From positions 95,914,001 to 95,978,000 of the forward strand of contig JANJGN010000012.1 of NCBI GenBank assembly GCA_026770705.1: a stretch of DNA of 64,000 bases. Reading direction: 5' to 3'. The position numbers and the translations under genes are program-made. Source of the DNA: Isurus oxyrinchus (Eukaryota). Numbering within the stretch: the stretch's first letter is position 1; each line of letters starts with the position of its first letter. This document shows positions 10,356 to 23,760 of the stretch, piece by piece. The notes below the pieces were generated by a model, which was not told the origin of the DNA, did no database searches, and was given only the letters and a program-made list of their open reading frames with translations.

Positions 10356-12879
10356 GCTAGAGCTAAGGAATAAAATGGTGTAATTACATTGCTCGGTGTA
10401 TTCTATAGGCCACCAATTAGTGGGAACAAATTTGCAAGTGATTTACAGGAAGGTGCGAAAATTATAAAGTAGTTATAATGGGGGACTTTAGTTATCCAAA
10501 TATGGATTAGGATAGCAGTAGCGTAAAGGGCAGAGAGGCAAGGGTTCCTAGAGTGTGTTCAGGAAAATTTTCTACAGCAGTATGTCTCCAGTCCAACCAG
10601 AAAGGAGGCGCTGCTGGACATGGATCTTGGGATTGAGGTGGGCCAAGTGTCAATAATGGAATATGTAGGGGACAGTGGTCATGACATCATAAGGTTTAGG
10701 TTGGCTATGAAAAAGGACAGGGAACAATTCGAAGTAAAAATAATTAAGTGGGGGAAAGCCAACTTCTGTGGGGGAAGAATGGATCTGGACCAGATAAATT
10801 GGAATCAGAGATTGTCAGGCAAAACTGTACTGAACGATGGGCTACTTTTAAAGAAGATGTAGTTTGGCTGTAATCAAAGTCTATTCTCACGAAATGGAAA
10901 GGCAGGGCAACAGATCCAGAGTTCCCTGAATGACGAAGAGATAGAGATTAAGAAGCAGAAAAAGCGTGCTTACTGACAAATGTCAGGTGGCTAATACAAC
11001 CAAAAACCATGCTGAATATAGAAGATTCAGAGGAGAATTAAAATCAGTAAAAGAAACAAAGAATATGAGAAGAGACTGGCAGCTAACAAAAGAGAATCCA
11101 AAAGTCTTCTATAAGAATATAAATAGTAAAATGATGATAAAAGGAGGAGTGGGTCCAATTAGGAACCAAAAATGGGATTTACGCATGGTGGCAGGGTGTA
11201 TAAATAAAGTTTCAAATGAATACTTTTGCATCTGTCTCGACCAAGGAATAAGATGCTACCCAAGTCTTGTTCAAAGAGGAGGTAGTTCAGATATTTGAAG
11301 TGTTTAAAATTGATGAGGAGGAGGTATTGAATAGGTTTGACTAGAATTGATGAAGCACCAGGACCTTGGATGAGATATATTCAAGGACACTGAGGGAAAT
11401 AAGAATGGAAATTGCAGAGGCACTGGCCATAATTTTCTAGTCTTCCTTAGACTCAGAGAACTGGAGAATTCCAAATGCAATTCTTGTTCAAAAAAGGGTG
11501 CAAAGATAAGTCCAGCAACTACAGGCCAGTTGGTTTATCCTCAGTGGTGTGGAAGTTTCTAGAAATGATAGTTTGGGACAAAATTAATAGCCACTTGGGC
11601 AAATGTGGGTTAATTAAAGAAAGCTAGCACAGATTTGTTGAGGGAAAATTGTGTTTAACTAACTTTTTTGAGTTTATTGATGAGGTAACAAAGAAGGTTG
11701 ATGAGGGTAATGCTGTTTATTTGTACATGGACTTGCAAAAGGCATTTGTTAAAGTGCTGCACAACAGACTTGTGACGAAGTTAGAGCTCATGGGATAAAA
11801 GGGACAGTAGCAACATGGATATGAACTTGGCTGAGTGACAGAAAGCAGAGTAGTGGTCAATTGATGTTTTTTAGTCTGGAGGAAGGTTTATAGTGGAGTT
11901 CCTTGGGGTCAGTGTTAGGAGATATGCTTGGTTTCAAAATTTGCAGATGATACAAAATTTGGAAGTATTGTGAACTGTGGGGAGGATTGTCTAGAGCTTC
12001 AAAAGGAAATAGGCAAGTTGGTGGAATGGGCGGACAAATGGCAGATGAAATATAATGCAGAGAATTGTGAAGTGATTCATTTTGGTAGGAAGAATGTGGA
12101 GAGGCAATATAAAATAAAGGCCATAATTCTAAAAGGGTGCAGGAGCAGAAGGTCTCTGTGTTTATGTCCATAAGTCATTGTTGGCAGGACAAGTTGGGAG
12201 CATGGTTAATAAAGCATGCAGCATCCTGCGCTTTATCAATAGGGATATAGAGTACACAAATAAGGAAGCTATGTTAAGCTTGTATAAAATGTTGGTTTGG
12301 GCTGAACTGGAGTATTGCATCCAGTTTTGGGTGCCACACTTTAGAAATGATGTGAAGGCATTAGAGAGAGTGCAGAAAAGATTCAAAAGAATGGTTCCAT
12401 GGATGAGGAACATCAGTTACATTAATAGATTGGAGAAGTTGGGACTGCTCTCCTTGGAGAAGAGAAGGTTCAGAGGAGATTCGATAGAAATATTCAAAAT
12501 CTTGAAGGGTCTGGATAGAGTAGATAGGGAAAAAATGTTTCCATTGGTGGAAGGATCAAAAACTAGAGAACACAAATTTAAGGTAATTGACAAAACAAGC
12601 AATAGTGACTTGAGGAAAAACTTTTTCATGCAGCGAGTGTTTAGGACCTGGAATAAACTGCGTGAGACTGTGGTGAAGAAGGCAGGCTCAATTGAGGCAT
12701 TCGGGAGGGACTTGGATTATTGCCTGAAAAGGAAGAATGTGCAGTGCTATTAGGAGAAGGCAGGGGAATAACACTAGGTCAATAGCTCCCTCAGAGGGCC
12801 AGTACAGACACAACAGGTCAAATGATCTCCTTCTTCTGTGCTGTATCCATTCTCTGATTCTGAAATGATCCCCTATTGA

Positions 12880-13980
12880 ACTATGCTCCACTTCATCCTC
12901 TAGAACTAAATTAGCACAGCATCCCTCATTGGACTGGGAACATTCTTTGCAAGAAAGTTCTCTTGTACACATTTCAGGAATTCCCCTCTCTCTTTGCCCT
13001 TCATCCTGTTACTATCCAGTTTATCTTAGAATCATTGAAGTTCCACTTTATCAATACTCAGTTCTTGCATCTTTCTATTATTTGTCTGCAAATCTAATCT
13101 TCTATCTCCTTCCTACATTTTGGTGGCTTGAAGAATAATTCCAGTAGCAGAATAACTTTTCTACCGTTCCTTGATTTTAACCAAATAGATATACTGCAGG
13201 GTTTTCCCCTCGGCAATTTGGGGGCAGGGCCCGCTCGCCGAGGGGAAAATGACGCAGGACGATGTCATCCCGGTCCACTTAAATCTTCAGGAAGGCGGGC
13301 GGACAGCTGATTTCGTGAAATCAGCTGTCCACCGGCCGACCTGTCAATGGCCAATTAAGGCCATTGACAGGCGAATTAACCTTGTTAAAGACCCTGCCCA
13401 TCCAAGCTTAAGGCTGGCGGGCAGGTCAGGAGCCCCAGTGAGCTCCAGATTATTCATGAAACTTCATCCACTGGCGGGATGAAGTTTTATGTCCGTTTTT
13501 TAAAAAATTTAATAAACTTTGTGTTTCTTATTAACATGTTCCATCTCGTGTGACATTGTCACATGAGGGGGACATGTTAATAAGTTTAATATTTCTCTAT
13601 TTTTAGACTTTTCTTACCTGTCAATAAACTCCCTGAGACAGCACTTTGCCTCAGGGAGCAGTGTGTTCTTTCGTGCGCATATGCGAAAGAGCGGCACTTT
13701 GACAGATGGGGATTCCCTCCCCCTCCCTGCATAGGAAGCTCACAGCACTTCCTGTTGGGAAGGCTGCGGGGCGGGCCTTAATTGGCTCACCCACTCAAAA
13801 TGGCGGCGGGCCTCGCTTCGGCGGTTGGAGTCAGCTGCTGGCCTGCCGCCGAGCCAGTGGGGCCCGCTCACCCACCAAGGGCAAAATTCTGCCAATGGTC
13901 TTTGACTCCTGAACTACACTATCCCTCTCCAATGCTATAATGGCTTGTTTGATCAATACTGCCACACACCCCTCTTATTC
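12880..13980 (-). mobile_element. CR1 endonuclease fragment interrupted by a MITE
   Basis: Minus-strand GVAVLIKQAIIALERDS..SKT / SIWLKSRNGRKV on either side of the MITE. Confidence 0.6.
13196..13893. mobile_element. Harbinger-type MITE (~700 bp, CpG-rich, central palindrome)
   Basis: Ends GCAGGGTTTTCCCC / GGGCAAAATTCTGCC; related to 41003-41538 and 49803-50478. Confidence 0.75.
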
Positions 13981-14664
13981 CATGCATCTTTGCATTAAAT
14001 CACACTTACTCACTCTAACAGTTTATGATCATTTACATTAGGTCATGAAGTCCTTATCTTATCTTGAAATATAATCAGTCAAAATGCAGACTGGTACCAA
14101 AGTGCTGTTCCATAGATCAGTTCAAGTTTAGTCATAACAAGCTCCGTTTTTCACCTTGCTACCATACATCAATACAGAAGTGTCCACTGTTGTTGGTGAC
14201 CTTGTGTTTACAATTTTTTAGGAGGTGTTGTTCCTAAAGATAGCTTGAAATAAAGTCCAAATATCAAAACAATGAGGGAAAATCAGATAAAGCCTGAAAA
14301 CGGATGTGATGATCAAACACACGATGAACTCAGGCTTGTCCATGCAAACTTTGTGCTGCTTGCTCATTATGATTGCAGCATGCAGCCAGCGCTATGCACG
14401 CTGCTGAGTGACTGCATGCCTGAGTAGGGTGTGGAAAGCAGGGTAGCAGGAGTTCTAGCTAGCCTGCTCTATTTAAAGCAAGCCTTCGGCACTTGAAGGT
14501 GATGTAAATTTTGGATTGAGCAGGTGCTGAAATTCGTTACAAAAGTGAATTGGACCTGGGAAAGAGCTGAGGGTAGTGGAGATGGATTCAGTTGTGGCTT
14601 TCAAAAGGAAATTGGATAAGCACTTGATGTTAAAATAAAATATAGGGTTACATGGAAACAACAA

Positions 14665-17600
14665 GGGAACTAAAACAAAAATAGCTGGAAAAACTTAGCA
14701 AGTCTGACAGCATCTGCGGAGAGGAACACAGTTGACGTTTCGAGTCCGTATGACTCTTCATCAGAACTAAGGAAATAGAGAAATGAGATGAAGTATAAGC
14801 TGGTAGAGGGGGGGTGGGACAGGTAGAGTTGGATAGAGGGCCAGTGATAGGTGGAGGCAAAGAAGAGATTGCCAAAGATGTCATAGACAAAAGGACAAAA
14901 GGGTGTTGATGGTGGTGATATTATCTAAGGAATGTGCTAATGGGGACATTAAGGGTAGCAAGCAGGACAAGCAAGTGGCAGATGGCCCTAGTGGGGGTCG
15001 GGTGGCGGGAAGGGAGCAAAATAGGCTAAAAGGTGTAGATAAAACAATAGATTGAAATAAATTTAAAAATAGGCGGGAAAAGAAAAATATATTTTTTTAA
15101 AATTATAAATTATTGGAAAAGCGGGGATCGGAAAGGAGTGGGGATGGAGGAGAGAGTTCGTGATCTGAAGTTGTTGAACTTAATATGAAGTCCAGAAGGC
15201 TGTAAAGAGCCTAGTCGGAAGATGAGGTGCTGTTCCTCCAGTTTACATTGAGCTTCACAGGAACATTGCAGCAGGCCACGGACGGACATGTGGGCATGAG
15301 AGCAGGGTGGTGTGTTGAAATGGCAAGCGACAGGGAGGTCTGGGTCATGCAAAGCGGCCACCCAGTTTGTGTTTGGTCTCTCCAGTGTAGAGGAGACTGC
15401 ATTGGGAGCAGCAAATGCAGTAGACTAAATTGAGGGAAGTGCAAGTGTCGTGCTGCTTCACTTGAAAGGAGTGTTTGGGCCCTTGGACGGTGAGGAGGGG
15501 GAAAGTAAAGGGACAGGAGTTGCACCTTCTGCGGATGCATGAGAAGGTGCCGTGGGAGGGAGTTGAGGTGTAGGGGGTGATGGAGGAGCGGACCAGGGTG
15601 TCATGAAGGGAACGATCCCTGCAGAAAGCCACCAGGGGGTGTGAAGGGAAGATGTGTTTGTTGGTGGCATCATGCTGGAGTTGGCAGAAATGGCGGAGCA
15701 TGATCCTTTGAATGCGTAGGCTGGTGGGGTGAGAAGTGAGGACAAGGGGGACCCTATCATGGTTCTGGGAGGGAGAGGAAGGTGTGAGGGCAGATGCGCA
15801 GGAGATGGGCTGGACACGGTTGAGGGCCCTGTCAGCTGCCGTGGATGGAAAACCTCAGTTAAGGAAGAAGGAAGACATGTTGGAGGAACTGTTTTTGAAA
15901 GTGTCATCATCAGAACAGATGCAATGGAGGCGAAGGAACTGGGAGAATGGGATGGAGTCCTTACAGGAAGCGGGGTGTGAGGAGCTGTAGTCGAGGTAGC
16001 TGTGGGAGTCGGTGGATTTGTAATGGATATTGGTGGACAGTCTATCACCAGAAATTGAGACAGAGAGGTCAAGGAAGGGAAGGGAAGTGTCAGAGATGGA
16101 CCATGTGAAAATGATGGAGGGGTGGAAATTGGAAGCAAAATTAATAAATTTTTCCAGACGATAGCATTAAGCGGCACCGAAGCAGTCATCGATGTACCAG
16201 AGAAAGAGTTGTGGGAGGGGGCCTGAGTAGGACTGGAACAAGGAATGTTCCACATACCCCATAAAGAGACAGACATAGCTGGGGTCCATGCGGGTACCCA
16301 TAGCCACACCTTTTATTTGGAGGAAGTGAGAGGAGTTAAAGGAGAAATTGTTCAGTGTGAGAACAAGTTCAGCCAGACGGAGGAGAGTAGTGGTGGATGG
16401 GGATTGTTCGGGCCTCTGTTTGAGGAAGAAGCTGAGAGCCCTCAGACCATCCTGGTGGGGGATGGAGATGTAGAGGGATTGGACGTCCATGGTGAAGAGG
16501 AGGCGGTTGGTGCCAGGGAACTGGAAATTGTTGATATGATGTAGAGCATGAGAGGAATCACAGATGTAGGTGGGAAGAGACAAGGGGAGAGGGAATGGTG
16601 TCAAGATAGCAAGCAATGAGTTCCGTGGGGCAGGAACAGGCTGACATGATCGGTCTGCCAGGACAGTCCTGTTTATGTATTTGAGTAGGAGGTAGAAGCG
16701 GGCCGTCCAAGGTTGGGAGACTATGAGGTTGGAAGCTGTGGAGGGAAGATCTCCAGAGGAGATGAGGTCAGTGACAGTCCTGGAAACAATGGCTTGATGT
16801 TCAGCGGTGGGGTCATGGTCCAGGGAGAGGTAGGAGGAAGTGTCAGCGAGTAGCCGCCCAGCCTCTGCAAGGTAGAGGTCAGTGACCAGACAACAACAGC
16901 ACCACCCTTGTCAGCAGGTTTGATGACAAAGTCAGAGTTGGACCTGAGAGAACGGAGTGCGACAGGTTCAGAAAGAGACAGGTTAGAGTGGGTGAGAGGA
17001 GCAGAGAAATTGAGACGACTGCTGTCACGCCGACAGTTCTCAATGAAAAGATCAAGAACAGGTAAGAATCCAGAGGGAGGGTTCCAGGTGGAGGGAGAAT
17101 ATTGGAGCTGGGTAAAAGGATCCATTGAACGGGGAGAGGACTCCTGCCCAAAGAAGTGAGCATGGAGATGAAGGCGGCAGAAGAAGAGTTCAGCATCGTG
17201 CCGTTCCCGAAATTCATGGAGATGAGGGTGTAAGGATATGAAACTGAGTCCTTTGCTGAGCACTGAACATTTCGCATCAGAGAGGGGAAGGTCAGGGGAT
17301 ATGGTGAATACACGGCCGGGGCTGGGATTGGAAGACCGGATGAGGTCAGGCGGATGGGCAGGGGTGGAGGATCCTGGATGGGCGTTGGTGTTGATGAGTT
17401 GTTGGAGCTTGCGTTCCTTTGCACCTGAAAGAAAGAGAAGTTTCTTGTTGAGGTGTCGGATGAGACAAAGAATAAAATGAAACTGGGGGCAAGGACAGCT
17501 TAGAGATAGGGTGCGGCGGTGCTGCTTCAAGGAGAGGTCGAGTGTGTTCATATGGCGGTGCATGGCACTGAGTGTGGATCTCAGGATGCGACGAGAACAG

Positions 17601-17838
17601 CAGTCCGAGGAGCGTTGTATGTCCTGGAGGTACCTGTAATTCTGGGTGGGTTCGAAACATGAGGGATGGAACATCAGTTGAAATTCAAGTGGGATAAGAG
17701 GGAGACGGATTTAGTCACTGAGGATGGAAATATGGCTGTGAAATCGAGTTTTAGTAAACACCTTGTCAAACACTAGGAGAGAATTGGAAAGCAATGAAGG
17801 TGAACAGGGCAAAAGAGACAAGCGGAAATCCTGTCACA
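14665..17838 (-). mobile_element. Penelope-like retroelement, near-full-length ORF (RT + GIY-YIG), frameshifted
   Basis: IKPADKGGAVVVW, TMDVQSLY.SIPH, GVAMGTRM.PSY, YIDDCF (RT); CTSLNLVYCICCSQCSLLYTGET..LGGRF (GIY-YIG); non-coding tail to ~14665. Confidence 0.9.
14730..14768 (-). ncRNA. Minimal type-I hammerhead ribozyme motif, canonical core
   Basis: Minus strand AGTT-CTGATGA-A-GAGTC-atacg-GACTC-GAAAC-GTC-AACT: stem I AGTT/AACT, stem II GAGTC/GACTC, palindromic ACGT in place of stem III, GUC cleavage triplet. Confidence 0.75.
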
Positions 17839-17936
17839 GAGAATGGAACTAACTAAATTGCTTGTGCAGAGAGCCAGTGTGGACCCGCCATGCTGAATGA
17901 TCTCCTTCTGTGCTGTAACCATTCTATGATTCTCTG

Positions 17937-20900
17937 AACGTGGCAGAAAGCGAGCTTTAAGGTTCTTTGACCCAGCACCTTGAAGCAAGAGGTTCACATG
18001 ATGAGATAGGTCCTCTATCCACATGGGACCAAAAGGCCCTCTGAACAAATTCTGAGAAGGCAATAGAAGCAGATTGCTGTTGCAGTCAATGACAGGAGCA
18101 CAATGCCAAGGGTCTGGGTGCAGCACTGGGAGATATTCAATGATGTCACACAAGTGACTGTATCTTTAGACGGTACATTCCACAAACTGCAGTAGCAGCT
18201 TCACACACTGCTCAATGCACCAGAGCCCCATCTCTCACTCATTAATCCCTAGCAACCACTTCATACCTCACATTCATAGTTTCACCTCATCCTCACACAC
18301 CCAAGACAGCTGCAAGTTTCACACCCTCATCTTAATGCACATGATGTCAGCTATTCAACCACAACAGGCACATCACTCAAACACACTCACTGACACACCT
18401 TCCTCTCTCATGTCAGACAATGTTGTGCATGATGGAAGATAGCGGTGGGGACAGGTATGGCTCCGTATCCTCACTTCGATGGAGGAGACTGTGTTGGTCA
18501 TCATTCGCACATCTATGACTGAGAGTATAGACAGTGGTGGGGCTAACAGGACTTGGAAGGTGACTATTCTTACCTGATCCTCTTTCCCATATCCCATTTC
18601 CCTCTTCTTTCTACAACATCTCCTAATTCCCAAGCTGCAGATGGTGTAAGTGTGCACTTCTTGTCCACCCAGTCCCCTCCTTCCTTCACCAGGACCTTAC
18701 TCTTCTGCCTTGATCCTTTCCAGTACCCAGGAACTGTCACCTGGACAGAGGCAGTGGTGCAGGAGCAACAAGTGCAAGAGGAGGAAGAGACTGATAATGA
18801 TGATGATACATCATCACTCGATCTCACGCTGACAGCCACCAGCTCAGCTACTGACACTGCACACTTTCAGATGGTAGCAAAGACTGGATCCGATGTGGTG
18901 AGTCAGTGGGCATGAGTGGCTTACAGCCAAGACAGGAAAAAAGGTTTTGCAGGTGTCATCTCCCCAGAGGGTGAGATCACACAAGTTCTACTGCAGAAGA
19001 CTCAAATGAGGAATTTGATGGGGTGGCATACAGGAGATTGGCTGATGGGCTTACAATGTGAAATGGTTGTTGTATTGCCAGGCCTGTTAGAAAGATCGTT
19101 GTTACTATCAAAGAACATGAAGGGGCCAGCACCAACTTGGCACAGGGCTTTGCACAGAGCTTGGAATCCATCCTTTGCACGTGGAACTGGTGGCCAACTC
19201 TATAAGAACGTTTGTGGACCCAACCGTGATGCAGCATCTGATGCCCAATGTCTTATCTCTCATTGCAGCACAAACGTCTGAATGATATATAGACTCTGAC
19301 TGAAATCATGCAACCTCAGCTTGTGGCCATGCAGGTTCAGACTTCAAGATGGCTGCAGATACCAGTGCGCAAAAGGGCTTGCAGGGTCTCACAACAATCC
19401 GGCAATCTGTCCTCCAGTTTGCTGTTGCCTGTCCGCTAGCCCCAGACTGCTACCATATATTCCAAAATGGTACGGCTGAAGCTGGGTCTTTTAGGCACAG
19501 AGGTGCTTGAGGTCATAAGCAAGACCATTTACAGGCTCCTTTACTGAAAGTCAGCAGCCTTCCACTAGCCATACAGCAGCCACTGGTGTAAGACTGGGAG
19601 CACTAGGCCAGGCAAAAGCACTAAGGGAATGCACAAGGATGATTTAGTTCAATTCTGCATGGAATATTGGATGATTTGTTTGATAAAGTTGGTTTGGAAT
19701 GTTTGTTTTGTGGAGACTTGTATTTCAGCATTGTGGTCAAGAGGACAGTGTGTTGTCAGTATCTGAGGGAAGGTCAGGATGAATGTTGGTGAATGGGGCT
19801 GCTGACTTTCAGTAAAGGAGCCTAAAGATGGTCTTGCAGATGACCTCAAGCAGCTCTGGGCCTCAAAGACCTGGCTTCAGACTGTACCATCTCAGAATAG
19901 ACATTGCATTCCAAGGCAGGTGCACTACCAAGCAAGACCATCTTCAGCCTCCTTTACTGAAAGTCAGCAGCCCCATTCACCAACATTCATCCTGACCTTC
20001 CCTCAGATACTGACAACACACTGTACTGTCCTCTTGACTACAATGCTGAAATACAAGTCTCCATAAAACAAACATTCCAAACCAACTTTATCAAACAAAT
20101 CATCCAATATCCCATGCAGAACTGAACTAAATCATCCTTCTGCATTCCCTTAGTGCTTTTGCCTGGCCTAGTGCTCATAGATTATCTTACCCCAGTGGCT
20201 GTTGTCCTGTAATGGAATGTCAGTCACCTTCTTTATACAGCAGAGGTTGGCAAAGTGGGAGATGTTACAGATGTTGCCTGCTCCAGTCTGTAAGGGCCCT
20301 GACACTAAGAAATTCATGGCCACCTCACCTTAACAGCCATTGGCAGCACTGTCCTAGCCCTGCTGTATGGCTGCAAGTCTGTCAGCAAGAGGTGTCAGAT
20401 CTCAGTGAGCACATCCTTTATAAAAGACAGATGTCATGCACACTATTCCTCAGTGAGGTTGAGTCAGAGAAATTCTCCCTGAAGACTCTGGGTGGATAAG
20501 GCCTCCTGCTGAGACACCCCCTCCCCCTTCATCCCCTTTTTCTTTCTCCTCCCTCTGTGTTGCATTTGCTCAATCTCCCTGACGTGCTGTAGTCCAAGGG
20601 GAATGGTAAGCACCTGCCACCAACGCAAGTGATCTGACCAGAACCAAGACCTTCTCCTTATGAAGCACCACTCTCTGCAGACTAAACCAACTTTATGCTG
20701 CATTAGAAAGCTCACAACACTCCTACAAATTCAGACAGAGCCAGCAGAAATCACTCAGCAACTAACTAGAAAGTGGTTGATTACTCCTTTAAATAGCACT
20801 GGTGGGAAGTCCTTCCTGCTGTTGAATGTATGTTTAACTCTGTGTGTTTAAGCGGGGGTTTTAGGTAGTGTATTGAAGTTGAAAATAGTCAAATCAGCGC

Positions 20901-21103
20901 TACAATCTTGACTGATGTCGCATTTTGCCTCCTCTGCATACTTCTGGCGCTCGGTCCTAACACCCGCACTAACGCCCTCACCAAATGGTGTCTGGCCTGG
21001 GCCGCACTGGAGGTGTGCTCACAGACTGCACACTATTTTGCATTCAAAACAGCACCCATAATGTCAAACATATGGGGGTTGCATACAGCTGAATTTTGCA
21101 GCC
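17937..21103. mobile_element. Old Harbinger element remnant (Myb/SANT gene on +, transposase N-terminus on -)
   Basis: Myb/SANT-like VLYPHGTKRPSEQILRRQ..IAVAVNDRSTMPRVWVQHWEIFNDV at ~17940-18155; minus-strand RRPYPPRVFRE..LPMAVKV..AMNF..GNICNIS at ~20205-20515; putative end AATTTTGCAGCC at 21103. Confidence 0.7.
19467..20201. repeat. Nested inverted duplication
   Basis: 19577-19837 is inverted at 19932-20201; 19467-19559 is inverted at 19797-19890. Confidence 0.9.
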
Positions 21104-21399
21104 AACATGTCTATTGTGAGACAAAGCTGTAAATTTTTTGATTCATGGGACCATTATTTTTAGTGTAAAAATAATTGAACTGTTAACCTCTTTGTTTATT
21201 TTGCAACCTAGAGGAATGTCCCATGTAAGCATTGGCCAAAGGCAGAACCTGCAGCCTCACTGCCATTTAACAGCGCCACCATCTGACTACAAGATGCACA
21301 CTAATGCATCAAACACACATCCAACAGTAAACACAGATCCACCAATACAAAAAGATTGTGCTTTTACCTAGGTTCTTTATAACTATTTTTCTCCCCTTC

Positions 21400-21810
21400 T
21401 TTCCTGGAATTGTGACTTCTGCTTGGTTACAATGCCTCAGTTGCTGCCAGCCCTCCGATACCTCACCAAGGTGGCCATTCGTCATGTATAAAGCTGGAAC
21501 ACGTGTTAGTAGGACATTCCTTTGGGTGGGATGAGAAGGAACAGTGGATCGCAATTGAGCCCAATCCTATCAGCAGCAGGCTTCTGCACGGAAGCTCTTT
21601 GCAGCAGTGGGTGGGGCAGGATGGGAGTCACTGACGGGATCATAATCAAGAGTGGGAGCCATAATTGATTTCCAGCCACTGCTCAATTCAATAACTCAGG
21701 ACCAATAACACTAATTATATTACTCCTAATGTCTCCCCCAGCTGAGATCAGTTAACTCCGTGTAGACTCAAGATTAAAACTGTGATTGTTCTGTTCTGTG
21801 TGACAAAATC
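21400..21810 (-). mobile_element. Ancient LF-SINE-like remnant
   Basis: Recalled motifs CCAGCTGAGATCAGTTAACTC, AAGGTGGCCATTC, GAGCCCAATCCT; similar remnant at ~44040-44240. Confidence 0.4.
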
Positions 21811-22289
21811 ATATGAGTTAGGAGTGTACAAGAGGAATGAAACACATCATCAGATATAACATTTCCTTAACTGAAAGCTAGGTGACGCTGTTGCATAATA
21901 CAAAATGACTATTTATGAAGGAACTGAATGTGCTTGGCATCACTGATTTAAGTAGGATTAATTATCCCTAGATTCTAATAAAAAAATACTATTCTCCCAA
22001 TTTTCCCAAATATGAGAGAGCCAGCAGTAGAAGTCGGTGGGTATATGTAAAGTATTTACATTGAATAATTCTGTATTTGAGACATTGTTCATGGTAAATT
22101 GCTAACCTAAATTTTCCATATGTCTAGGATAATTTGCATAAATTCACAAGCTTCCAGAGTGGAAAGTGCCTCTGACTTGGCACTTGCCAGTTGCTGGATT
22201 TGCAGCAATGTGTTGCTGACTGACGCAGCTTAAAGCAGCAGCCATTGTTATGTACAAGGCAGCTTCTTTTGCAAACATATCTTCAGACT

Positions 22290-22480
22290 GTGCTGAAGAG
22301 GCAAACACATGTTTTCTCCAATGGAGCAAGCAAGGCAGAGCTTCTCTTTAAGAAGATCCACAGGCAAGCTGCTTTACAAAAATGGCAGGAGGTGGCAACC
22401 AATGTAATTGCCAACAGCAAAAGCGTGTAACTGGAGGCAACATAGGAAGAAGATTAATGATCTTACTGGATTAGTGAAGC
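22290..22480 (+). pseudogene. Myb/SANT-like (Harbinger partner gene) fragment
   Basis: RQAALQKWQEVATNVIANS..WRQHRKKINDL. Confidence 0.55.
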
Positions 22481-23447
22481 TGGGAGAGTCAACTATGATC
22501 TTCCATTAATTCAGTGTTCTAAGCACCTCAGAATTACACTGCTCCCTCATCTAGTTTAAATTATTTTCTATGCTTGCCCTGGAGGCTCATTATGTACAGG
22601 ATACACAACAACGGCCTTCTTCTGGAAGTGTTTGTTTACTCATACTCTTTCATGGATTTGAGCCGAAGTAATCATACTTCAAAATTGCCGTATGATGCAT
22701 GTTTGACATTATAGCCAACTTGAGCTGAACTCTGGCACTTGGTTATGATTGACTAATTATCATTATAAACATTTTTTTCTACACCAGTTGCAGGAAAAGA
22801 CATCTCATTACCAAAGTGAAAAATAGCAGGAAGTCTTCCCAATGTTCTTGGACTAATCATATATGAGGAGGGAGCCCTGCAAATCCAGGGGACAGAAACT
22901 ATATAGGGTGCTTGAGCTGGTGAAATAAGATTGGCCTAATTTGCGATTTGAGTGGGACTGGTGATGAAAATGTTGGTTTGGTAGGGAGTCCTTTGTAAGA
23001 GGAGAGGGAAAGGAAGAATGGCTATTTGAAGAGATACTGTGCTTGTGGAAACAAGGAGTGATACTTTCATGTCAGAGGGGAGACCATTTATATTTTTATT
23101 TTCAGAGCAAATTAAAACAGAATGTGGGGCTGTAAATTTTCCATTTACTTTAATGACCAGAAATGTCTTTGCGTTGTCTGTGGTACATATGTTGTACTAC
23201 CACAGCAAGTGGTGCATTATTCACTGAGCTATACCTGAGGGTGATTAGGTGATTGCAGTAGTGAAAATAATATAGTGTTTGCAATTGTCTTAAGTGCCAT
23301 CTAGCCTGTCCTGATAAAAAGTAGGATTAACATGAATTCAGTACTGTACCACGTAGAAACTAAGAAGAGTGCTGTGCGTAATATGGGAACCTGTGTCTGT
23401 CAAATTTAAAACACGCTTGAAATTTAGACATGCATATTTCATTGCAG

Positions 23448-23512
23448 GTGATGGAGGAAACGATGTTAGTATGATCCAGGCTGCTGACTGTGGAGTGGGG
23501 ATTGAAGGCAAG
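23448..23512 (+). CDS. ATP9A: ATP9A coding exon (GDGGND hinge motif)
   Basis: AG|(G)[21 protein letters not shown]|GTAAG; 65 bp. Confidence 0.95.
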
Positions 23513-23760
23513 GTAAGGGTATTGGGATTTGGAAACACATCAGTGTGTTTAGCTTTTCTCACGTTCTCAGCTGTTCTGTTCATGTTCTGCCCTGGTTATG
23601 CTGGTTAATCTAAGTCAAATTAGCTCCAAGTAAAGATTTACAAACCGATTTGCCATGAGCAGATGTGAACAAGATCCAACTCATGGGCTGGATTCACACC
23701 CGCACTTATTCAGGCATATAGGGTTGGTTACATACCTGATGTGGTCTCACCCCACTTACA

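Larger units (their letters stand above)
5925..12862 (+). mobile_element. CR1 LINE (ORF1 esterase remnant + ORF2 EN-RT), interrupted by LTR element 6386-10355
   Basis: ORF1 LPGARV..VVVHIGTSD..KVIISG (5925-6170); endonuclease ESVWL|ELRNK..LGVFYRPP split by the insertion; RT SKFADDTK, LEYCIQFWVPHFRNDVKALERVQKRF; 3' end TGTGCTGTATCCATTCTCTGATTCT. Confidence 0.9.
14560..17935 (+). mobile_element. CR1 3' end split by the Penelope-like insertion
   Basis: FKRKLDKHL-encoding tail at 14560-14660; remainder with TGTGCTGTAACCATTCTATGATTCT at ~17840-17935. Confidence 0.6.

Noticed and set aside
15458-16309. 283-aa Pro/Ser/Thr-rich ORF
   Set aside because: Alternative frame of the C-rich PLE RT region, not an independent gene
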